From Phoronis australis (taxonomy: Eukaryota; Animalia; Phoronida): DNA of 64,000 nucleotides. Below the pieces are notes generated by a model. It made no database searches. It was not told the origin of the DNA and saw only the letters and a program-made list of their open reading frames with translations. The first letter of the stretch is position 1. The number at the start of each line of letters is the position of its first letter. Below are positions 55,098 through 64,000 of the stretch, piece after piece. The DNA is taken from positions 172,166-236,165 of the forward strand of contig NMRA01000368.1 of assembly GCA_002633005.1 (NCBI GenBank), given 5' to 3'. A program made the translations under genes and the position numbers.

Positions 55098-55498
55098 GGC
55101 CCGGTCTCTAATCTTTGTACTCGAAACGAACTCGAAAATATTTTTGGCAATTTCTCTGCTCCTTTTGTGCGAACTTAAAATAATTGGTTATCAGACTGTG
55201 CTCGAATACGTAATAGTTTATGCATAGGAGTTTCTAGTTCAAGATTTCCCTTGAAGACCCATATATTTGTGCTACAAACTCAAGTAAAAACTCGAAATTT
55301 CGAGTTCAAACTCGAACTTATTGCTTTAATATTGGGTTTAAAAACTTTGAACTAAGGGCAATAAATTATCTACGTAAGTTATTGTGTACTCGAGCATAGA
55401 ATAATAGACACTTATCTCGAGTTCGCCCAAAAGTAGAGTAGAAAATGCCAAACCTCATTTCGAGTTCCATTTCGAGTAAAAAGATTGGAGACCGGGCC
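55098..55498. mobile_element. PIF/Harbinger-like MITE
   Basis: Long TIRs GGCCCGGTCTC(T/C)AATCTTT(G/T)TACTCGAAA; 3-bp TSD CTG on both sides. Confidence 0.8.
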
Positions 55499-57092
55499 CT
55501 GGTCCTAGTACAAGAGCTCAAATTTTTTAACTATTGAATTTTTTGGGATGATACAGGTTAGGATTCATCCAGGTGTAGTTAAAGTGTCAAAATTATGAGT
55601 ACCGGACATACCTTATAAAACCTTACATGGCAGTGAGTAGCGTTCACTCAGTCTGATGGTACTACATTTAATCTATAGGGTAAGATATGGAAGGTTTGTA
55701 TCACTTATAACCAACCTGTGTGAAATTTGGTGATTGTAGAGTCGCCTATTCTGTTTTCACTGCAGTCAGCCTTTCTGATTCTGTGACTCAATTACCTTGC
55801 AATTTCCTGCTTTCATCGCGTATGCACCGTACTTTTTGTTGCTTCCTGCTTCTATAACCTTTTGGTAATGGTGTCTTTTGTGTGCTTTTATTAAGTGTTA
55901 ATTACCAATGTTGTAAAAGAATTACTAATTATTTTCCATACACCATACTTACTGATAACACAATCACAGTTCTGATATCACAATCTATCAAAGTGATAGA
56001 CAACATTCCTGTAAATAGGTGTGTACTGCATCTAAGTTATGCCAAAAATGGGAAAAGGAGTCAAACGAAATTAATTTTAAAATTTGTCAACTTTTGTTTA
56101 ATGAAAAGTGATTGGTTATTCGACACCTTGCAGACATAGCATGTTTTACTTCTGGCAAGTACATTGTCTGCTAATAATGGTCATTGTGTGGTCGGGTGGT
56201 TGTAGCACGATACCAAGAGTTCAACTATTGGAAGACTTTCCCGATTCTTTTTTCGTTTTACTAGACAGTAAAATAAATGCAAACATTTCCCGTTACAATA
56301 CACTAACCGTAAGCTGAGTGTGCTCTGCTTAGAGTGTGGCGCCTTCTCTAGGATATTACGCATGAAAATATCTGAGTTGCGAATCTCTTGTCTATAATCT
56401 ATGGACACATGTATCATAAAAATTAAAAAATCTAAACTTCTTCATAAGCAGATGTATTTTGTACCATCTAGTGGCCATTTTTATGATTCAAATATACACC
56501 CCCAGAATCGCACCGTTAGCGATGCATTCATGAGCACATTTCAACCTCCTGTGTTGCTCTTCTTTGACAATGTATCATTTAGGAAATGCAGTTTCAAGTG
56601 TTATTTTTCTGAGAATCATTTCGTATAATCCACTGTGCCAGTTCTGTTTAGCTTGTCCACTTGGAACCACAATGCCTAACTCCGCCAAGTTACATCATAC
56701 TGTCATGTGTTGCATCTTGCCAGTCCCAAGCCTGGAAAAAGGAGGAGGGGGCATTTTATGTGGTCCTTCTGTTGATATCACTGTGTGTAGACTGCTTGGC
56801 TATAAATGGATTACATAGGAATATGCTATTTGAGCTTTCACAGGCAGGTATGGGGGCACACTTTGAGGGAGCATTAGAAAAACTTTTGGTACTTCATTTA
56901 AGTAATAAATGAAAGTTTCCTTTCCAAAGTTGTGGTTGGTCCCTTCTTACGACATATCCTAGATCCTGGAGTTCACGAGCTCTCTCACGCATATGTGTAT
57001 GTACATGTACTTGTGGGTGGGTGCTAGGGTTGACGAGTGAATGTGTGTCATACTGACCTTTCCAATACTGGTGACGGGAGCACTTCGTACTT

Positions 57093-57163
<71 letters not shown>
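57093..57163. repeat. Compound (CA)n(TA)n microsatellite
   Basis: Directly visible. Confidence 0.95.
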
Positions 57164-57328
57164 CATGTGTTATGAATTAATAAATATGCAGTTCTCAATG
57201 AATGATTAAAACTGGAACTTTAAGAGTGTTTAAGTTATATCTGTCAAATAACTTGTGCAAGGCAAGCTGTTGAGTAGATGGTAAAAGACCAACACAATGC
57301 AGAGCACCCCAGCTCGATTGACCGAATG

Positions 57329-59328
57329 TGTCAGAATATAGTCTGACAGTATTTTTAGTTGTATTGTTTTGTTTTGTTTTGTTTTGTTTTGTTATCCAGT
57401 TTGATTGGCATGACCCCTGAGTTAAGTACAGTGTAGATGTAATTTGTTTACTACAAAATAGTGTAGAACTTTCTAGAAGACTGAGGTCAGAACAGTGATG
57501 ATCTAATTTGTTTACTACAGTATAGTGTAGAACTTTCTAAAAGACTCTAGCATGACAGTGATAAATGCAGTCTGGAATATTCTAGAGACTAGTACATGTT
57601 TGTAGAATGGTTGGGTAGATTCAAGAAAGTTCTAGAATGTGCTTGAATTGATGAAAAGTTCCAGAACAATGCAATAGGCTATAAATACACAAGCACGGGT
57701 TTGTGTTAGTCAGGTCAAGTCAGTTCAAGAGAAGATCAAGTCGGGAGATCAAGTAAGTTCAAGCAAGTTAATCAGGAGAACTACAGTTGAGTTGCAGCGA
57801 AGAGAATCAGCAATTACAGCGATAGTCAATAGAGAGCCAGCTATACAGACAGCAGGTTACTGAATAGATGAGTGTAACAGTTGATGAACATGTCTCAGAA
57901 GTTGATCACAAGCCAATGCTTCGCAGCACTGGCTGGAGCATAGAACAGACATTACGTCGGACGTTTTGTTCGAGTAGGCTTATGAACATACGGTCGGGAT
58001 TAATAAAGGATTAACTCGAACCAGTCTTCAGTCTATCGTCGCACCGAAAGCTATTAGCACCGGTCTTTAATAACCTGCGCCCACCCACACACGGGGAAAA
58101 ACGTGACAATTGGCGAGCACGCCAGGAGCTTACTGACGGTAACAAGGTGTGATATAGTGGACTGTTGGAATTAGCAACTCACTATTGAGACAAGATCTCA
58201 ACTAAGGGAGTTAATGGTCCTCAGACAAGAAATGGGTATGCAGGGGAAGCAACTCCAAAAGTCAGCAGCGGTCAGCCACCGAGGTTCTCAGAGTAAGAGG
58301 ATTCGGTGAAGCATGCTAACCCTGAACGTGCCTTCAAAGGAAAGCTGCGTCTGAATGGGGGGTATGTTGGCATGAAGAAGGTTTCAGTGTTGAGAGACAC
58401 AGGCTTCACGGCAATTGTGGTTCGATCCAGTCTAGTCGAACCAGGAGATATGACCTGCCGGAAGTGGTCATGCGAGTTGGCGGACTCTACCAAGAGATGG
58501 CTGCTTGTCGCAAAGATCAACATCAAGACACCGTACTACACAAAAGAAGCGTTTGCGTCCAGTGGCCGATTTGATTATCGGGGACGTACCTGGCGCCTTG
58601 GACACAGGAGATGTTGAGCGACAGCAGAGGGAAACTACTGTCAACGAGGACAATACACGCAATAGCCTTGTGGAGGGTCCGAAAGATGACTCTCAAAAGG
58701 GTACGACTTCCCAAGAGAAGAACCCAGTGACCTCAACTCTAAAGGGAGAAAAGGTGGCCGACACGTCGGTAGGAACAGATCCTGATGAATCCAGCATGGA
58801 AACGGTAGCAGTGACTACCAGGGCTCATATAAAAAAAAAATAATTGCAGGCGGTCTGATACACGTTGTATCAGACGTGGGCAGGCCTCGCATGTGGGCTC
58901 AAGCAGAGACTGTAAGTCAGGGAGCAGTTTAGAGGTGGATAAAGCATTAGGTTATGTACATATATGCCAGATGATTTTGTGTTGGAAAATTATATAGTAA
59001 TTTTCTGTTTAGCAGGGGTGTGTTGTCAGAATATAGTCTGACAGTATTTTTAGTTGTATTGTTTTGTTTTGTTATTCTGTTTGATTGGCATGAACCCTGA
59101 GTTAAGTACAATGATGATGTAATTTGTTTACGGCAGAATAGTATGGAACTTTCTTGTAGACTGAGTTCAGCAGTGATGATGTAATTTGTTTACTGCAGTA
59201 TACTGTGGAACTTTATGGAAGACTCTAGCTTGACGGTGATTAATGCATTCTGGAATATTCTAGAGACTAGTATATGTAGTATATGTTTGTAGAATGACTG
59301 GGTAGATTCAGGAAAGTTCTAGAATGTG
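57329..59328 (+). mobile_element. Internally deleted non-autonomous Gypsy (Gmr1-like) element retaining a protease remnant; 3' LTR truncated
   Basis: 5' LTR 57329-58108; PBS TGGCGAGCACGCCAGGAG resembling tRNA-Arg(ACG); protease VLRDTGFTAIVV..LADS..TPYY..DLIIG..AVTTRA (58380-58830, frameshifted); PPT agcagggg; partial LTR 59024-59328. Confidence 0.9.
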
Positions 59329-59583
59329 GTAGCTTTTACCAGTTCTGTCGCTATATGGGGGCAAGCCTAAATAGACAGAATAGCAAATAAGCCTTGAAAA
59401 TTACCAAAATGTTGCATTTTGCCTACTCAAATGGCGGTTCTTCCTCTCGGTATCGTCGGTAATGGCAACGACACTGCCGTGTAATGCTCTTTCTTTGACC
59501 TAATTTCCTGCAGACGTTCTCAACATTAACTATTGAATTCGGTTGATCACATGGTAAAAACGATAACCAGAAGTCGATTGGAC

Positions 59584-59785
59584 CAGTGGCAGATCTACGT
59601 TTTCAGTAACGGGGGCTTAGGATTCGAGCGAATCCGAGGCGCGTAGCAAACCCCTCCAGTGTAAGATTTTTGTAGTTTTTAGTAGCTGATTTCGTTTTTT
59701 TGACGACATTTTTTCAATTTTCAATTTTTACTTTTGATCCTGTCCCGAGGGGTGGGGTTGAACCACCCCTGTAGATCTTCCTCTG
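59584..59785. mobile_element. Short MITE with CAGTGGC(G/A)GATCTA-type termini; related end at 63583
   Basis: cagtggcagatcta ... tagatcttcctctg imperfect TIR. Confidence 0.45.
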
Positions 59786-62029
59786 CAGACATGCACAATT
59801 TGCTCAAAAACCAGAAATGAAACTGGTAAAAAATCATTTACTACAACGGGGCTTATTTATGGATTAATTTCCCCTCTGATTCCAAATCTGCATCATATCC
59901 TTAGTAATTAAGTTTTAAAACCATAATTATCAGACGTCAATTTAATTACAAGTGTTCTGTGTAGCAAATGTGCCTTAAATATCCTCAGACCAACCTATTT
60001 TTATCTATATATATGATGTCATGTATTTTTATTAACTGCTTGTAATCATTTATCAAGACATTATTTATTCATGTTGTCTTATACTTTTAGTATCGTCTAT
60101 TTATAGTTTATTTATTATTCATTTTGTTTCATCATTCTTTCCATGTCAGTTTCATATTCAGCATTGATCACTTAAGTGTTGCCTTTCATTTTTGGAAGTC
60201 TGTTTGTATGTCCATGGAAAGCAACTATTGTAAGTATATGTAGGCCTGATCTATACCGGTGCCAATAAATAAATAAAAGAATGATAGTGTAATCAAATAT
60301 TAGGTCTAACGTATATAATAAAATCTTGTGTCATGTTGACATTTTCAGAAAAATACATCCGATAACGCACCTGAGTTTTGGTTGCAAAACGATCTAATAT
60401 GAAACGAACAGCTGTAAACAAAGATTACATGGTTAGAGGTCACCTACTCTGACTGACACGAGCAGAGGTCACCTATTTGACCTCCTTGCGGGCGCACATA
60501 CTCCAGCTCTTCCGGTGGTGTAGTGGGGAAACCAAGCGTGGCCTTTTCGCTTCACCTCGACCGCTAAACCATCAACACCCATATGTACAAGCTTCTACAG
60601 CGGAAACACCTAACGATCTTTCCTTTTCATACACAAACACATCGTAGCATGTACACTTGATCATGTGGGAAATACAATCGTGAACAGCATTTTTCCAACA
60701 TGTTCCCCATTTCTTTCACTTTCACTTTCAGTGTAAATGATTTTATGGTCTTTGTGGTAGGTGAAACAAACCCATAAAGTGTGATATGTCTGAACAATGT
60801 TGCATGGAAATTACAGAGAGATAAGTCGACCTGTTTTCAGATTTCGCTCTCCTTGATTAGCTAAAATGGATGCTTTACCTTTCGGTTCTCTGGTACCCGT
60901 TGAAGGATGCTTTTAGAAACTCCTCGAACCGTGATAAACAATAGGCCTGCGAATCGTGATGCTGGACAAAAAGTATAAGAAAGGTTAACAATGGACTCGA
61001 TTGATTGTAATGTACAAACCTCGATATAAAAATCACTGTGAATCGTCAATAGTTTGCTTCCATAGCAGTACAAAACAATTTAGCTCCCTCGACCCTGAGC
61101 GCTATATGGTATAAATTGCTTAGTGGCCTGGCTGAGCTGTGGAATGTCTACCCCCTTGAAGTCGTAGAGGATTTCAATCAGAACTAGGTCACAAGCACTG
61201 CACGTAATTAAAACCTCGTTACTAAGTCATTAATAAACATATACTTACCAAAGTTTCAGCAATACATCTTGTGTAAATGAGCTTCGTGTTGATATAAAAT
61301 TTATCCAATTTTAATACTAATAAAGGGTTGAACAAGCAGTTTTATACTTTTTGTTTTCCAGAAACAAAGACGTTTGTTTACAAATAATCCATTTAAATTT
61401 CCAGAGTACATGTCAGAAAAGTTTTCCGTGTGATGTTAACTCATTATAATCCAGATCACTGAAATCTGTATCTAAATCTGACCACTCAGTGCCATCAGTA
61501 CCATAACTACCATATCCATAATCCCACTGAAGTCTATATCTAAATGTGACCAATGTCATCAGTATCCACACTATCCTCCATAATGATAACTTCAAGAACT
61601 AGGAGTAGAAGAGATGATACCCGTGTAATACCCAGGCAGTATTTCAAGTGAACACAATGCTAGTGACAGAGTAGAATGTTCCCAGTAACTGGTCATTTTG
61701 TTATTGGAATCTGATCAGTTCCAACAAAATAAGCAGGGGCACCCTAGCAGATAATTAAGTGGTGACAGCAGTGTTATGTATTACCAATTAGACTCAAATT
61801 CACAGCAATTAGTTCCAATCTAGTCTTCAAATCAAATAAACATACTATATTTCGTGGAAGAACATCTCTATCTTTCAAAAGTTACAACAACCACTACAAA
61901 GTTAACTTGCTCCCTAGTTTTCCTTGAATTGATACTTAGCTTGTGAATAAATGGTTCCAAAGTCCAGAAATAACAGCCAATAGGCATTAACTTCACAAAC
62001 AATAAGTTAATACCGAGTCTGGTGTCTCA

Positions 62030-62400
62030 ATCCTCATTGGATATAAAGCTGGGAATACACTAGACATATTTAAACTTAAACCAATACGTTGCTGCCTTCT
62101 AAAACTCCTGAAGGCGTGATCCGCCTGTGAGATACATTGTTTAGATAACGCCTCCAGACGGCATCAGGGTCTGAGTGAAAACAAACAGTCACGCCATATG
62201 ACGGGATCAGGGACGAATGAGCAGAAAGCGTGTATCAAAAGAATATTGGATCTACAGAACTCTTGCCAATAATAACAATTAGAAACAAGTGGTGTTTTGG
62301 CGGTTCTTAACATTGCTGGATTTCTGGATCGTGACAAGTCGGCAATCCAAGCAGAACGATAAAAGGAAAGAGGACTTGTTCATGTACTTTGGACCAAAAG
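62030..62400 (+). promoter_or_regulatory. Possible promoter and first exon of a downstream gene
   Basis: ATTGG directly before TATAAA (62036-62047) and a strong AG|GTAAGG donor at 62400; no convincing ORF. Confidence 0.2.
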
Positions 62401-64000
62401 GTAAGGAGGTAAGGAGGTAGAAAGGTACAATTAAGTCACACATTTCCAACAGTTATAATATTAACGATGACTTAGCTCAAAATAATCTGATGGTACACCT
62501 CGTAAAACGGAAAGATGTGTTGGACGAGTTTTAAGAGGTGGGAAATGTTAAAGAGCAGGAAACACTCTATAGATCGCCAACTTCATTAGAGCACTTTTTT
62601 AAGTTTCGTGTATTACAGATTATTAATAATACTTAACGTTCCGTTTTTGTTAGGACGAAGTGTAATGAAGTTGGTCAAGATGTCTCCAAAACGTGTACTT
62701 CTTTTAAGTTTGATGCAACCTTTATCAGCGGCTCATGTATGCGGTTAATATTTTATGCAGTCAGACATAATTTGAACGTCACCATCAGAACTAGTATTAA
62801 AAATTACTGATTACTTTCAACTGAATGAAAGGTTGAGTAATGTTGTGTCCAGGCTTAAGACACCGAGTATTCGATTTTTGCCTTCTGTTGACTGACTCTA
62901 CTTATATGAAAGGTATTTGAGATTCGGGTTGCACGCCACACGATGTTTAGTTATTTTCATTCTCTTTGACACCTGTTCCTAGTTTTATAAGAATGTTCAA
63001 TGATACCGGTGACACGGGAAATAAGCTTCTTTGGGAACTAAGCTCAGACAATTTCATGCCTGCATCACTTTTTCTTCATCGGGAAACCATTCATACTAAG
63101 AACTTTCATCTGAGTATGTCGGTATTTGCCAGTATCACATAGTGCATACATGTAGGTTTATTTTTACGTTAAATTAGGTACTAACTTATGTTTTAACTTA
63201 TTACTAATTCCCAGCTCTTACTTAGCTCGGACCCAGGTTATTCTATTGAATTTAGGACACCAAAGAAACTTCAAATTCAAGAAAAATACTACTACAAAAT
63301 TGACTAACAAGAGTTTAAAGTTACAAGAGCTAATAATTTGGGAACAAGAACCATTTACTTAATTGTATTGTTTTCCATAAAAGATAACTTCAGGGCATTT
63401 CCACTTACATGCACTAAAAGACCTGTGTAACGTGACAGTCAACTTAACTATTAGTCATGATCTTAAAATAGTTTACTCATCCTGGATAATATATCACAAG
63501 AGTGCTGTTCTATTCCGATAGCTATATTCAGAATAAAAAAAAGAAGAAAAAGTTTCGTTCCCTTTATTCAACTCAGCGTGTTCAGTAGCGGACCTAGGAT
63601 ACAATAAGGGGGGGGGCAACATGATGCATCGGGAATTGGGTAAAGCGCGATTTTATGTGCACAGGCGGCACGAAAGCCGAATGTTGCGGGGGCCGGGGAT
63701 GTGGACCTCCTATTTTCAAAATCTATCGGTGGACTAAAAAAAAACNTGTTTCCTTGTGGCTATTTTGAAGAAATTTACCAAGCTATGAGGAAGTACACAT
63801 ATTGCTGTCTAAGCGAGAAATGTGAAATTCAATATAAACTGACTACCTTTTATGAAATGACGTTGCTTTTAAGGAATTATAAAACTGTAAGATAGCAACT
63901 TATAAAACGAAAAGTGAAAGCAAGACGAACAGGTATGTAGTGTACAGTCTTAGAAGGCGTGTTGTTTTGTACTCATCAAATCTTCGGTTAATGTGTAAAT

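Overview
AT-rich metazoan genomic DNA, most likely from a bilaterian invertebrate (inferred from intron size, repeat families and protein divergence). Bases 1-~35.6 kb hold the 3' part of a + strand multiplexin (collagen XV/XVIII-type) gene. I traced 17 phase-compatible GT-AG exons (about 691 aa) encoding interrupted Gly-X-Y domains, the trimerization domain, the hinge and the endostatin domain, with the stop at 34206-34208 and AATAAA at 35610. Three extra frame-preserving, non-collagenous cassette-like exons lie in the 10-kb intron (16273-17773). The rest is mostly mobile DNA: a decayed RLE-type non-LTR retrotransposon, a decayed Academ (XPG-type) DNA transposon abutting a duplicated copy of the collagen 3'UTR, a full-length but mutated Gmr1-like Ty3/Gypsy element (SCAN-like Gag, integrase before RT), a protease-only deleted relative with an intronic solo LTR, and several MITE/HINE-like repeats. 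A ~2-kb tandem duplication joined at an N may be an assembly artefact. I cannot demonstrate a wholly new system. The best leads are the cassette-exon array, the apparent shift of heparin-binding residues within the collagen, and the CTCF-like motif array carried by a repeat.
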